Source: Deinococcaceae bacterium (GTDB taxonomy: Bacteria > Deinococcota > Deinococci > Deinococcales > Trueperaceae). From it: DNA of 19,701 bases. This document shows, in pieces, positions 1 to 9,173 of the stretch. Where the stretch lies: positions 1 to 19,701 of the forward strand of contig JBDZWC010000047.1 of assembly GCA_040256005.1 (NCBI GenBank). The letters are read 5' to 3'. The notes under the pieces are model-generated. The model did not search any database and was not told the DNA's origin. It worked only from the letters and a program-made list of their open reading frames with translations. Each line of letters starts with the position of its first letter. Position 1 is the stretch's first letter. The translations under genes were made by a program, and so were the position numbers.

Positions 1-835
1 GCCTCCCAACGTCTCCGCCACCAGCGACCTGGACGAGGCGCTCGCCGACGGACCAGTGGCCTTCACGGCCGTGCCGGCGCGCGCCCTTCGACAGGTGCTC
101 GGCAAGGCGCGGGGGCTGCCCACGGCGGTCGTCTCCTGTGCCAAGGGCGTCGAGCCGTCGGAGGGGCAGGACGGACATCCGGCCTTCAAGCGCCTGTCTC
201 AGGTGATCCACGAGGTCATGCCGGGCGTGCCGGTCGCTGCTCTGTCGGGCCCGAACCTCGCCAGAGAGATCGCCGCCGGCCTGCCGGCCGCCACGACCGT
301 GGCGAGCACCGTGCAGTCGGTCGCGAAACGCGTGCAGGAGCTGCTTCAGCAGGCGACCTTCCGCGTCTACACATCGTCGGACGTGGTCGGTGTGGAGCTG
401 GCGGGCGTGATGAAGAACGTCATCGCGCTCGCCGCGGGCATGTGCGACGGCCTCGGTCTGGGTGACAACGCGAAGTCCACGATCATCACGCGCGGGCTGG
501 CCGAGACGATCAGGTTCGGGGTAAGGCTCGGCGGGACCGAGCGCACCTTCTACGGCCTGGCGGGCTTGGGCGACGTGGTGGCCACGTGCATGAGCCCTCT
601 CTCCCGCAACCATCGGGCCGGCTTCGAGCTGGCCAGGGGCGAGAGCATCGACGGGGCGGCCATAAGCTCCCTCACCGCGGAGGGCATCGGCACCGTGGCT
701 GCGGTACACGTGTACGCTGCTGCGCACCGGGTCGAGCTGCCCATCACCGCCGAGGTGTACAGGGTCGCCTACGAGCGCAAGGACCCGCGAGAGGCCATGG
801 AGACCTTGATGACCCGAGAGAGCAAGGCCGAATGA
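1..835 (+). CDS. gpsA: NAD(P)H-dependent glycerol-3-phosphate dehydrogenase, 5'-truncated
   Basis: Frame is open from base 2 (PPNVSATSDLDEALA...). GpsA motifs SCAKG, LSGPNLAREI, FRVYTSSDVVGVELAGVMKNVIALAAG, GDNAK, GLAGLGDVVATC, SRN. Stop TGA 833-835. Confidence 0.96.
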   Translation, partial: PPNVSATSDLDEALADGPVAFTAVPARALRQVLGKARGLPTAVVSCAKGVEPSEGQDGHPAFKRLSQVIHEVMPGVPVAALSGPNLAREIAAGLPAATTVASTVQSVAKRVQELLQQATFRVYTSSDVVGVELAGVMKNVIALAAGMCDGLGLGDNAKSTIITRGLAETIRFGVRLGGTERTFYGLAGLGDVVATCMSPLSRNHRAGFELARGESIDGAAISSLTAEGIGTVAAVHVYAAAHRVELPITAEVYRVAYERKDPREAMETLMTRESKAE

Positions 836-1743
836 ACGCCATCACGGCGACCGAACTGACCAAGCGCTACGGCTCCAAGGCGGCGGTGGCGGGTGCGACC
901 TTCGGCATCGAGCAGGGCGAGATCGTCGGCTTCCTGGGGCCGAACGGGGCCGGCAAGACGACGACGCTGCGGATGCTCGCCGGCTTGGTCAGACCCACGA
1001 GCGGAACGTGCAGGGTCCTGGGTGATGGCGTGCCGGGCCCCTCCCTCCGCGAGGTGGGCACGATGATCGAGGAGCCCTCCTTCTACCCGTACATGACCGG
1101 TCGCTCGAACCTGCGCCACGCCGCGCGCCTTCACGGGGACGTGCCTGACTCGCGCGTCGCGGAGGTCCTCGAGTTCGTGCGCCTGCAGGACGCGGCCGAG
1201 AAACGGGTCAGGGCGTACTCGCAGGGCATGCGGCAACGCCTCGCGCTCGCCAGGGCGCTGCTGTGGCGTCCCAAGGTGCTGCTGCTCGACGAGCCCACCA
1301 ACGGGCTCGACCCCGCCGGCATCGCCGAGGTGAGGGAGTCGCTGCGGCGCGTGGCCCACGATGGCGCCACGGTGCTGGTATCCAGCCACATACTCGCCGA
1401 GATAGAGAAGCTGGTCGACCGCATCCTGGCCATCGAGGCGGGACGCATCGTGTTCGACGGCCCGCTGAAGGACCTTGTCGCGAGGGCTGCCGAGCAGGCC
1501 GTGACCTACACGATCTCGGCGCGCGACCAGGCAGTGCTCCTGACGGCTCTCGAGGACCTGGGCTACGTCCCCAACGCCAGGGGCGGCGGCGAGGTCGAGG
1601 TCTCGGTGCCGGCGGACGACGCCGAGTTCCTCATCGAGCGCCTGACGACGAAGGGTGTAAGGGTGCTCTCGGCCAGCAAGGAAGAGGACGACCTGGAGGA
1701 CGCCTACCTCCGCCTCATCGACCCCAGCAGGAGGCCGTCGTGA
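832..1743 (+). CDS. ABC-2-type (drug/peptide exporter family) ATP-binding protein, 303 aa
   Basis: Walker [10 protein letters not shown], signature YSQGMRQR, Walker B LLLDEPTNGLD, H-loop SSH. Start reassigned from 586 to ATG 832, which overlaps the gpsA stop (ATGA). Confidence 0.93.
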   Translation: MNAITATELTKRYGSKAAVAGATFGIEQGEIVGFLGPNGAGKTTTLRMLAGLVRPTSGTCRVLGDGVPGPSLREVGTMIEEPSFYPYMTGRSNLRHAARLHGDVPDSRVAEVLEFVRLQDAAEKRVRAYSQGMRQRLALARALLWRPKVLLLDEPTNGLDPAGIAEVRESLRRVAHDGATVLVSSHILAEIEKLVDRILAIEAGRIVFDGPLKDLVARAAEQAVTYTISARDQAVLLTALEDLGYVPNARGGGEVEVSVPADDAEFLIERLTTKGVRVLSASKEEDDLEDAYLRLIDPSRRPS

Positions 1744-2693
1744 GCGCGGTCCTCGACGTGGTCAGGGCAGAGGTCTTCAAGACGCTGCGCAAGCGCCGCG
1801 TGTACGTCCTCGCCGCCCTCTACTGGGTCCTGTTACCGGCCCTGGCGCTGCTCGTGGGCCGGCTCATCTACGTCAACACAAGGGGCACCTTCGTGGAGGA
1901 GGGCGTGCCCCTCGCGGACCTGATGCAGGCGCTGTTCTCGCCGCATGGCCTCGCCACGATCGCCCTCACCGGCCCCGCCTACGCGTCACCCACGCCGTAC
2001 ATCATCGGCGTGGCGCTGCTGGCGGCCCTCTTCATCGGTGAGGAGCGCGGCCAGAACATGTGGAAGACGGTCCTCGTGGTCCAGCCGAACCGCTCCGCGG
2101 TGCTGACCGGCAAGCTGATCGTCACCATGGGCACGCTCCTGGTGCTGATGGTAGGCGCGTTCCTGAGCGCGATCCTCTTCGGCACGATCGGCACGTCCTT
2201 CCTACCTACCAACCTCTCCGGCGACTGGGGCGGCCTGCTCGGCCTGTACCTGTGGCAGTGGGCGCACCTACTGGCGCCTACCCTGCTCGCGTTCCTGCTC
2301 GTCTTCCTGGTGCGCTCCGCCGTGCTCGGCATCGTGCTCGTGTTGATCGCCCCGGGCTTGCTCGAGGGCATCTATTCAGTGCTCAACACCCTCTTCAGCC
2401 TCCAGCCGATCACCCGCTTCAACGCAGTCTTCCAGGCCCTCAGGCTCCAGCGGGTATGGGACGAACTGCCCCGCTACTTCTTCACGACGAACCTCTACGC
2501 GCCCGGCCGATCGCCCGCGACGAGCCTGGTCAACGAGTTCATCTCCGAGATCGACCAGGCCGACATGGGGCCGTTCAGCCAGCTGTTGGGCAGCGGGCTG
2601 ACGTTGGGGCACTCCTCGCTCGTCATGGCGGGCTACACCGTGCTCTTCGGCCTGCTGCTCTTCTGGGTGTTCCGCCGGCGCGACGTCGACTGA
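1740..2693 (+). CDS. ABC-2-type transporter permease, 317 aa
   Basis: GTG 1740 overlaps the ATPase stop (GTGA). N-terminal VRAEVFKTLRKR, internal GEERGQNMWKTVLVVQPNRSAVLTGK, C-terminal FRRRDVD and about 6 hydrophobic segments are typical of this permease class. Confidence 0.88.
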   Translation: MSAVLDVVRAEVFKTLRKRRVYVLAALYWVLLPALALLVGRLIYVNTRGTFVEEGVPLADLMQALFSPHGLATIALTGPAYASPTPYIIGVALLAALFIGEERGQNMWKTVLVVQPNRSAVLTGKLIVTMGTLLVLMVGAFLSAILFGTIGTSFLPTNLSGDWGGLLGLYLWQWAHLLAPTLLAFLLVFLVRSAVLGIVLVLIAPGLLEGIYSVLNTLFSLQPITRFNAVFQALRLQRVWDELPRYFFTTNLYAPGRSPATSLVNEFISEIDQADMGPFSQLLGSGLTLGHSSLVMAGYTVLFGLLLFWVFRRRDVD

Positions 2694-2696
2694 GCC

Positions 2697-2757
2697 CCGC
2701 GGTCCGGTGAGGGTCCAGCCGGCGGCGGCACAGCACTCCTGGCGCTCACCGCCGCGG
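2697..2757 (+). terminator. Imperfect GC-rich stem-loop after the gpsA-ABC operon (possible terminator or 3' stabiliser)
   Basis: CCGCGG 2697-2702 / CCGCGG 2752-2757, CGGTGAG 2705-2711 / CTCACCG 2745-2751, CCAG/CTGG. No U-tract. Confidence 0.35.
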
Positions 2758-2774
2758 CGTGGATAATGGCGCCC

Positions 2775-3551
2775 ATGGAATGGATCACCAGCCCCGAGGC
2801 CTGGATCGCGCTGCTCACGCTCACGGTGCTGGAGATCGTGCTCGGCATCGACAACATCGTCTTCATCTCGATCCTGTCCGGCAAGCTGCCGGAAGCTCAG
2901 CAGCCGCGGGCGCGGACGCTGGGCTTGGCGTTGGCCATGTTCACCCGCATCGGGCTGCTGTTCTCCATCAGCTGGCTGGCGAGCCTGACGACCGAACTGT
3001 TCGAGGTGTGGGGCCACGCTTTCAACGGGCGGGACCTGGTGTTCCTGGCCGGCGGCCTGTTCCTGATCTGGAAGGCGACGGGCGAGATACACGAGCGCCT
3101 CGAGGGCCCTGGGCTGGACGAGACGGACCTGCCCAAGGGCACCGTCACGTTCGCCGCGGTGATCACGCAGATCGTGCTCCTGGACATCGTCTTCTCGATC
3201 GATTCGGTCGTGACGGCCGTCGGCATGGCGGACCACCTACCCGTGATGATCGCCGCCGTCGTCATCGCCGTCGGCGTGATGATGCTGGCCGCCGGACCCG
3301 TAAGTCACTTCGTCGAGAGCCATCCGACGGTGAAGATGCTCGCCTTGGCGTTCCTCATCCTGATCGGCGTGTCGCTGCTCGCCGACGGCCTGGGCCAGCA
3401 CATCCCCAAGGGCTACATCTACTTCGCGATGGCCTTCAGCGTTGGTGTCGAGTTCCTCAACCAGAGGGCCGCCAGGGTGGCGCGGGCCAAGCCGCGCCAG
3501 CCGGTCGAGCTCAAGAAGCCGCGACCGCCCGTGCGCTCGGCCGGGGATTAG
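2775..3551 (+). CDS. TerC family membrane protein (YegH/UPF0053-like, no CBS domains)
   Basis: LEIVLGIDNIVFISIL, QIVLLDIVFSIDSVVTAVGM, HPTVKMLALAFLILIG, HIPKGYIYFAMAFS. Start ATG 2775 (MEWITSPEAW) preferred over 2766 because it lies 7 nt after GATAAT 2762-2767. Confidence 0.93.
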   Translation: MEWITSPEAWIALLTLTVLEIVLGIDNIVFISILSGKLPEAQQPRARTLGLALAMFTRIGLLFSISWLASLTTELFEVWGHAFNGRDLVFLAGGLFLIWKATGEIHERLEGPGLDETDLPKGTVTFAAVITQIVLLDIVFSIDSVVTAVGMADHLPVMIAAVVIAVGVMMLAAGPVSHFVESHPTVKMLALAFLILIGVSLLADGLGQHIPKGYIYFAMAFSVGVEFLNQRAARVARAKPRQPVELKKPRPPVRSAGD

Positions 3552-3605
3552 GCTGCGAGAGCCCGGCCAGCCTGGGCGTCGTCTGCTCGTCACGGAAGTT
3601 GAGGC

Positions 3606-4547
3606 CTAGGCTCGGCTGCGCTTCTGCTCGTACATCTTCGCGTCGGCATGCGACAGGAGGGCCTCGAACGACTCGGCATGCTCCGGATGCAGAGCGCCGC
3701 CGACGCTGGCGCCCAGTTGGACGGTCACGCCATCTAGGTGGATGGGTTCCTCGATCGCCATCACGAGCCTCTCGGCCACCCTGTCCACGGCCGTCTGGTC
3801 AGCGCCCGCTAGCAGGACGGCGAACTCGTCGCCCGACAGGCGCGCGACCATCTCGCCCGGCCTGACGTTCTGCTTGAGGCGCTGGCCGATCACGCTGAGC
3901 ACGCGATCGCCCATCTCGTGCCCATGCGTGTCGTTGACCTTCTTGAAGCCGTTCAGGTCGAAGTACAGCAGCGCCATGGGCACCGCCTGACGCCTCAGCA
4001 CCCAGAAGCGTGACTTGAGGTGGCGCCGGTTGGGCAGACCGGTGAGGTCGTCGTGGTTCATCATCTCGACGGCCTGCCTGAGCACGTTCTTGTAGTGCGT
4101 GATGCTGCGGAACTGGACCACGATGTGGTCGTCCTCGAGCGGCAGCACGGTAACCGCGAACCAGGCGGGGTCTCCGGGCACTCCGGGCAGCCCCTCCGAC
4201 GTGCGAGCCGCGGTCTGCGAGCGCTTGGCCGGCATGGCCTGCTCGAACTCCTGCACCCGCGAGGTAACGAACGCCGTAACCAGCCGTCGATAGATGCGCG
4301 GATCCAGGTAATCGGGGTAGACGCTCTTGACGCGCCGGCCCATGACCTCTTCCCGCCGGATCTCGAGGAACTCCGCCGCAGCGGGGTTTATGTCCACCCA
4401 TTCGAAGTCAGCGAGGCGGCCGGCATCGTTGCGAACCGCATGGAAGACGACCAGACCGTACGGGGCCGTACGGAAGTAGTCTCCCCAGAGCTCGGACGTC
4501 CTCGCACCCGGAGGACTATCGGCGGTCACCTGCAGCACCTCGACCAT
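3606..4547 (-). CDS. PAS-GGDEF protein, putative diguanylate cyclase (SGDEF variant)
   Basis: N-terminal PAS-like DFEWVDINPAAAEFL; HDDLTGLPNRR, YFDLNGFKKVNDTHGHEMGD, ARLSGDEFAV, ASVG, ADAKMY. True start may be the in-frame GTG at 4538. Confidence 0.92.
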   Translation of the reverse strand: MVEVLQVTADSPPGARTSELWGDYFRTAPYGLVVFHAVRNDAGRLADFEWVDINPAAAEFLEIRREEVMGRRVKSVYPDYLDPRIYRRLVTAFVTSRVQEFEQAMPAKRSQTAARTSEGLPGVPGDPAWFAVTVLPLEDDHIVVQFRSITHYKNVLRQAVEMMNHDDLTGLPNRRHLKSRFWVLRRQAVPMALLYFDLNGFKKVNDTHGHEMGDRVLSVIGQRLKQNVRPGEMVARLSGDEFAVLLAGADQTAVDRVAERLVMAIEEPIHLDGVTVQLGASVGGALHPEHAESFEALLSHADAKMYEQKRSRA

Positions 4548-4596
4548 CTTACCGAGAGCGCGTCTGGCAGCGAGAGGAGTCCCTCATAGGGCCATG

Positions 4597-5484
4597 TCAT
4601 GACGGGCGCACCTCGTCGCCCGAGGCGACGGGCAGGTCATCGCTACGGGACCACTCGCTCCAGGAGCCCGGGTACAGCTTGACCCCCGGCCGGCCCGCGA
4701 CCTCCAGTGCCAGCACCAGCTGAGCGGCGCTCACCCCCGAGCCGCAGTAGGCGACGAGGTCGCCGTCCGGCAACGCCTCGACGTCGTACAGGCTCCTGAG
4801 CTCAGGGCGCGACAGCATGCCGGTCGGTCCCACGCTGCTCCCGTACGGCAGGTTGATCGCGCCCGGCACGTGACCTGCCTTCGGGTCCAGAGGTTCCGTC
4901 TCGCCTCGGTAGCGCTCCGGCGACCGCGCGTCCAGTAGGAGCATCCGAGGGTCGTCGAGGCGCGAGCGCACCTCGTCCAGCTCAACCACCATCTCCGGGC
5001 GCAAGTGCACCGGGAACGTCGTCGCCGGGTGCGCGGGCGTTCGCGTCGTGACCGGTCCGCCGGCAGACAGGTACGCCCGGTAGCCACCGTCGAGCACCCG
5101 GACGCGGTCGTGCCCCATGTACCGCAGCAACCACCAGGCACGCGCCGCGTACATCGACCCGTCCTGGTCGTAGACGACGATCTCGTGCTCGCGCCCGACG
5201 CCGTGCTCTTCCAGCTTGCGGGCCAGACCAGGCACGTCAGGAAGCGGGTGACGACCACGCTCACCCGGGGGGCTAGCCAGGTCCCGATCTAGGTCCAGGT
5301 ACACGGCGCCGGGAACGTGACCGGCCGCGTAGAGCGCGGGGCCGACGGCCGGGTCGGCGAGCTCGAACCGGGCATCGATCACGCGTAGGCCCGGCTCGTC
5401 CAGGCGGCGCGACAGTTCGGCCGCGCCGATGAGCGGCGAGCCGCCGGGCTCAGCCGGGGCCGCGGTGCCCGCGCTCTCATCCAT
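4597..5484 (-). CDS. sseA: Tandem-domain rhodanese / 3-mercaptopyruvate sulfurtransferase (SseA-like)
   Basis: GHVPGA in both domains, GRHPLP, AARAWWLLRYMGH, VLDGG, LDARSPERYRGE, active-site loop YCGSGVSA, LYPGSWSEW. Confidence 0.9.
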   Translation of the reverse strand: MDESAGTAAPAEPGGSPLIGAAELSRRLDEPGLRVIDARFELADPAVGPALYAAGHVPGAVYLDLDRDLASPPGERGRHPLPDVPGLARKLEEHGVGREHEIVVYDQDGSMYAARAWWLLRYMGHDRVRVLDGGYRAYLSAGGPVTTRTPAHPATTFPVHLRPEMVVELDEVRSRLDDPRMLLLDARSPERYRGETEPLDPKAGHVPGAINLPYGSSVGPTGMLSRPELRSLYDVEALPDGDLVAYCGSGVSAAQLVLALEVAGRPGVKLYPGSWSEWSRSDDLPVASGDEVRPS

Positions 5485-5537
5485 GTCTCAGATTGTAGCG
5501 CCCGCGCCCTGCACGGCGGGCTTATCCTCCTCTACGT
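5485..5537. promoter_or_regulatory. Back-to-back divergent promoters for the sulfurtransferase and TrmH genes
   Basis: Minus-strand TACAAT (5497-5492) is 7 nt before ATG 5484; plus-strand TATCCT (5523-5528) is 9 nt before ATG 5538. No SD before either start. Confidence 0.65.
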
Positions 5538-6344
5538 ATGCCTACCAAGATGGACAGCCCGCGCAACCCGACGGTCCTCGCCGCTGCCAGGCTCAAGGAC
5601 CGGCGGCACCGCTCGCGCGAGGGCGCGTACCTGGTGGAGGGCTTGCGAGAGGTCGAGAGGGCGCTGGCCAGCAGCGTGACGGCCAGACAGCTGTTCGTGG
5701 CGCCCGGTCTGCCCGCCGGTACCGCCGGGGCACGCCTGGCGGCCCGGGCCGAGGCGCTCGGGGCGGTCGTGATCGAACTCTCCAACGAGGCCTTCGAGCG
5801 TCTGAGCCTGAGGCAGCACCCCGACGGCGTCGCGCTCGTGGCCCGGTCCGGTGACCGGAGCCTCGCCCGCGCGCCAGCCTTGGGCGGTGGGGTCGTGCTG
5901 GTGCTGGACGGCCTCGAGAAGCCCGGCAACCTCGGCGCGCTGCTACGCACGGCAGACGCGACAGGTGTCAAGGCCGTGATCGTCACCGGGGCCGGCACCG
6001 ACGTGGAGAACCCGAACGTGATCCGGGCCAGCCAGGGCAGCATCTTCGCCGTGCCGGTGTACGTGGCCAGAGCCGAGGAGGCCCTGTCTCGCCTCAGGGA
6101 CGAAGGTTTCAAGGTCGTGGCTGCCTCGCCTCAGGCGGAACGGCCGCACTGGTCGGCGGACCTCACGGGCGACGTCGCGATAGCGCTGGGTACGGAGGCG
6201 GAGGGCCTGCCGGCGTGGCTCAGCGCCGCGGCGGACGAGCTCGTGGCCGTGCCCATGCGATCGCGGGCGGCCGACAGCCTCAACGTGTCGGTGGCAGGGG
6301 CCGTGATCCTGTACGAGGCGTTGCGGCAGCGCTCTGCGCGCTAG
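5538..6344 (+). CDS. TrmH/SpoU family RNA 2'-O-methyltransferase
   Basis: YLVEG, LDGLEKPGNLGALLRTADATG, IRASQG, LGTEAEGL, VPM, DSLNVSVAGAVILYEALRQ (SPOUT motifs). Confidence 0.94.
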   Translation: MPTKMDSPRNPTVLAAARLKDRRHRSREGAYLVEGLREVERALASSVTARQLFVAPGLPAGTAGARLAARAEALGAVVIELSNEAFERLSLRQHPDGVALVARSGDRSLARAPALGGGVVLVLDGLEKPGNLGALLRTADATGVKAVIVTGAGTDVENPNVIRASQGSIFAVPVYVARAEEALSRLRDEGFKVVAASPQAERPHWSADLTGDVAIALGTEAEGLPAWLSAAADELVAVPMRSRAADSLNVSVAGAVILYEALRQRSAR

Positions 6345-6742
6345 CCCGGTGCGTGCTCCCCTTCGGCCGGCCGCGCCGTTCCGGCCAACAGGTCTTTCAC
6401 CGTCTGCCTGAAGTCCTTGCCCTCCAGCGGCTTGTGGATGATCGCGTCGGCGCCGGCGTTGCGAGCCGCCTCGTAGGTGGTGGCGTCCTTGAGCGCCGTC
6501 AGGATGACGACGGGGACGTCCTTGAGGCGACTGACCTTCTTCATGCGGGCGCACACGGTGATGCCGTCGACGTTCGGCATCTTCACATCGATGATCGCCA
6601 GGTCCGGCGTGTTCTCTTTCAGGAACGCGAGCGCCTCGGCGCCGTCCTCGACCATGTGGACGTCGTAGCCGTCAACGCTCAGCAACATGTCGAGGACCAT
6701 TCGCTGGCCCGCGATGTCATCGGCCACCAGGATCTTTGCCAC
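6341..6742 (-). CDS. Single-domain (CheY-like) response regulator
   Basis: ILVADD, phospho-acceptor in AIIDVKMPNVDG, ILTA, HKP; no output domain. TGT-TAGTCT lies 6 nt before the GTG. Shares the palindromic CTAG stop with the convergent TrmH gene. Confidence 0.93.
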   Translation of the reverse strand: MAKILVADDIAGQRMVLDMLLSVDGYDVHMVEDGAEALAFLKENTPDLAIIDVKMPNVDGITVCARMKKVSRLKDVPVVILTALKDATTYEAARNAGADAIIHKPLEGKDFRQTVKDLLAGTARPAEGEHAPG

Positions 6743-6872
6743 GTGTTGAGACTAACAGCGTCGCAGTCACAGTATCGTCAGGATTGCCACTGTGCCCCCG
6801 GGCGGGCGCCGCGCGCTGATGACTGCTGTCGGGCCACGCTCCGGAGGTCAGGTTGGTCGGAAGGGGACCGCC

Positions 6873-7307
6873 GTGCTCAAGGAGTTCCGGGAGTTCATCA
6901 ACCGAGGTAACGTTCTGGACTTGGCGGTCGCGGTCATCATGGCCACGGCCTTCGGCGCCATCACGACGTCGCTCGTGGATCAGGTCGTCATGCCCGTGAT
7001 CGGCCTCCTGCTGGGCGGGGTCGACTTCTCGAACCTGGGCATCATACTGGCCGACCGCGACCAGTACGCATCCGTCGCGGAGGCCGTGGCAGCGGGAGCG
7101 CCGGTGATCCAGTACGGCGCCTTCCTCAACACGGTCATCAACTTCCTGCTCGTGGCCTTCGTCGTCTTCCTGATCGTCAAGGCGTTCAACGAGATGAAGA
7201 GACGCACTACCAAGCCCGAGGAGGCCGCTCCGGCCGAGGTAACGACCGAGGAGCGCCTGCTCGGCGAGATCAGAGACCTGCTGGCGGCGCGCCGAGACCT
7301 GCCATGA
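6873..7307 (+). CDS. mscL: Large-conductance mechanosensitive channel, 144 aa
   Basis: (M)LKEFREFINRGNVLDLAVAVI, GGVDFSNL, YGAFLNTVINFLLVAFVVF, LLGEIRDLL. Start GTG 6873 behind AAGGGG. Confidence 0.97.
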   Translation: MLKEFREFINRGNVLDLAVAVIMATAFGAITTSLVDQVVMPVIGLLLGGVDFSNLGIILADRDQYASVAEAVAAGAPVIQYGAFLNTVINFLLVAFVVFLIVKAFNEMKRRTTKPEEAAPAEVTTEERLLGEIRDLLAARRDLP

Positions 7308-7358
7308 GACGGGGACGCTCGGTCGGGCCCGATCCGATAGATGGGGCCGTCCAAGCGT

Positions 7359-9173
7359 TCAGTAGAGGATCATCAGCTCCAGGTGGGCTGGTCCCGCCCT
7401 GGCGATGGGCTCGGTCGCCACCAGCCCTATCGTCACGGGGCCCGTCAGCCGTAGCAGCATGTTCGTGAACATCTCCTCGGTCACCTGACCGAAGTCGGGC
7501 AGCTGACCCTCGTCGAGGCCGGCCCGGCGCATCTTCCTGACGGCCTCCGCCTTGATGTTGGCCAGCGCCGTGCGGATCTCGTCCTGGCTGATGGGAAGCT
7601 GGGTCGAGCCGAGGTGCAGTTGGGTGCTCACGATCAACTGGCCACGCTCGAACAGCTTCGTGTTCTCGATGGCCTCGACCAGCACGTCGATCGTCGAGCT
7701 AATCTGGTTGCTGGGCGAGATGAGCCTGATCAGGTCGGATCCCGGCGTCTGCGTGATCACGTCGACCAGCAGGTTGAACTGCTCTGTCGTGACGCGGATG
7801 CGCTCCACGCCGCGACGCGAGACGTAGTCGGTGGCCTCGGCGATGAAGCCGGCCAGTTCCTCCCGAGCTTCCGCAGGCGTGTTGGCGTGGACGGCGCCTG
7901 AGTAGATGAGCTGGTCCCTGACGAAGTAGACGTCACCGCGCTCGAACCGGCCGGCCTCCTGCTGCAGCTCCGCTAGCTGGGTCGCCTGCCTCTCGACGTC
8001 GTCCTGTAGCCTGCGGACCTCGTCCTGGAGCGTCTGCAGGTCCTCGTTGCGGCGCCTGATCTCGGCCTCGAGGTTGTCGTTGAGGTCTTCGAGCGAGTTG
8101 CTCTGCGCCTGCAACCTCTGGTTCTCGGAAGCGAGCTGCTGGTTGGCGAGCCGCAACGAGTCGTTCTGCGCCTGCAGCTCGTCGGCCTGCAGTTCGAGAG
8201 CGTCAGACGTTTCCTCGAGTGACCGCACCTCTTCGTTGAGCTGCGCCAGACGCTCGGACAGCTGCTCGCTGGCAGCGAGGGCCTCCTCGCGCTCCTGTAG
8301 GGCGAGGTCGCGCTCGGCCAGCGCAGCTTCCCTGGCGGCCTCGGCGTCGGCCTTGGCCTGCTCGGCCGCCGCGAGCTCGGATAGCGCGCTGGCCAGTTGG
8401 CCCTGCGCCTCCTCGGTCTGGCGGCGCGCGTCGGAGAGGTCTATCGACGCCTGGACGAGCTGCAGCTCCAGGTCGTCGAGGTCCGCGTTCGCCTGCTCCA
8501 GGGCCGCCTGCGCCCTGTCGGCCTCGTCCTGCAGTCGCGCGGCGTTCTCCTGCGCCTCGACCGCCTCCTGCTGGGCGGTGTCGCGGTCCAACCTGGCCTG
8601 CTCCAGGGCGGACTGTGCCGCCTGCAGCTCGCCCTCCGCACCGGCCAGGTCGGCCTGCGTACCCGCCAGCTGCTGTTGTGTCCTCTCGACCTCGAGCGAG
8701 GCGTCTTCCACCGCCTGCTGGAGCTGCTGGCGCTGCTCGATGAGCTGGTCCCGCTCCTCCAGCGCTTGGTCGCGCGCCTCCACGGCCGCATCGCGCTGCT
8801 CCTCAGCGGTGCGGATCGTCTCCTGAGCGTCCGCCAACGACGCCCTGACCTCCTCGAGCTGGTCGTTGACATCGGCGACGCGCTGGTTGAGCAGGCGCTC
8901 CTGCAGCCTGAGTCGGTTCAGCTCGTCCAGCGTCCGTTGGAAGTTGGTCAGGGTCTCTGTGGCGTTCTGGAACGCCAACGCGAGGACTCCCAGGGTCGTG
9001 AGCATGATCAGGATGCCGGCCATCACGCCGACGATCTGACCGGTGCGCTTGGGCCTGGCCCCGAACAGCGAGAGGCGTCGCCGCCCGACGTACGTGCCCA
9101 GCCGGTCGCCGGCGAAGGCGATGATCCCGGCCAGGACGATGAGGCCGAGGACGAGCAGGACGATGAACGTCAC
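7359..9173 (-). CDS. DUF3084-type membrane-anchored long coiled-coil protein, 604 aa
   Basis: Two N-terminal hydrophobic helices flanking IAFAGDRLGTYVGRRRLSLFGARPKRT (recognised as the DUF3084 signature), then about 330 aa of A/E/Q/L heptads and a globular C-terminus. Downstream of lptB. Confidence 0.85.
   Translation of the reverse strand: MTFIVLLVLGLIVLAGIIAFAGDRLGTYVGRRRLSLFGARPKRTGQIVGVMAGILIMLTTLGVLALAFQNATETLTNFQRTLDELNRLRLQERLLNQRVADVNDQLEEVRASLADAQETIRTAEEQRDAAVEARDQALEERDQLIEQRQQLQQAVEDASLEVERTQQQLAGTQADLAGAEGELQAAQSALEQARLDRDTAQQEAVEAQENAARLQDEADRAQAALEQANADLDDLELQLVQASIDLSDARRQTEEAQGQLASALSELAAAEQAKADAEAAREAALAERDLALQEREEALAASEQLSERLAQLNEEVRSLEETSDALELQADELQAQNDSLRLANQQLASENQRLQAQSNSLEDLNDNLEAEIRRRNEDLQTLQDEVRRLQDDVERQATQLAELQQEAGRFERGDVYFVRDQLIYSGAVHANTPAEAREELAGFIAEATDYVSRRGVERIRVTTEQFNLLVDVITQTPGSDLIRLISPSNQISSTIDVLVEAIENTKLFERGQLIVSTQLHLGSTQLPISQDEIRTALANIKAEAVRKMRRAGLDEGQLPDFGQVTEEMFTNMLLRLTGPVTIGLVATEPIARAGPAHLELMILY

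Noticed and set aside
586..1739. Long N-terminal extensions of the ABC ATPase (from 586) and permease (from 1263)
   Set aside because: They overlap upstream genes in another frame and read as R/G/P-rich GC noise; the ATGA and GTGA overlaps give better starts.
6792..6872. 27-aa N-terminal extension of MscL
   Set aside because: The canonical MLKEF start at GTG 6873 has an SD-like AAGGGG.
7308..7358. Palindrome TCGGGCCCGA and flanking GACGG/CCGTC between convergent mscL and DUF3084-type genes
   Set aside because: Plausibly a bidirectional terminator, but there is no U-tract and the pairing is ambiguous; too weak to call.
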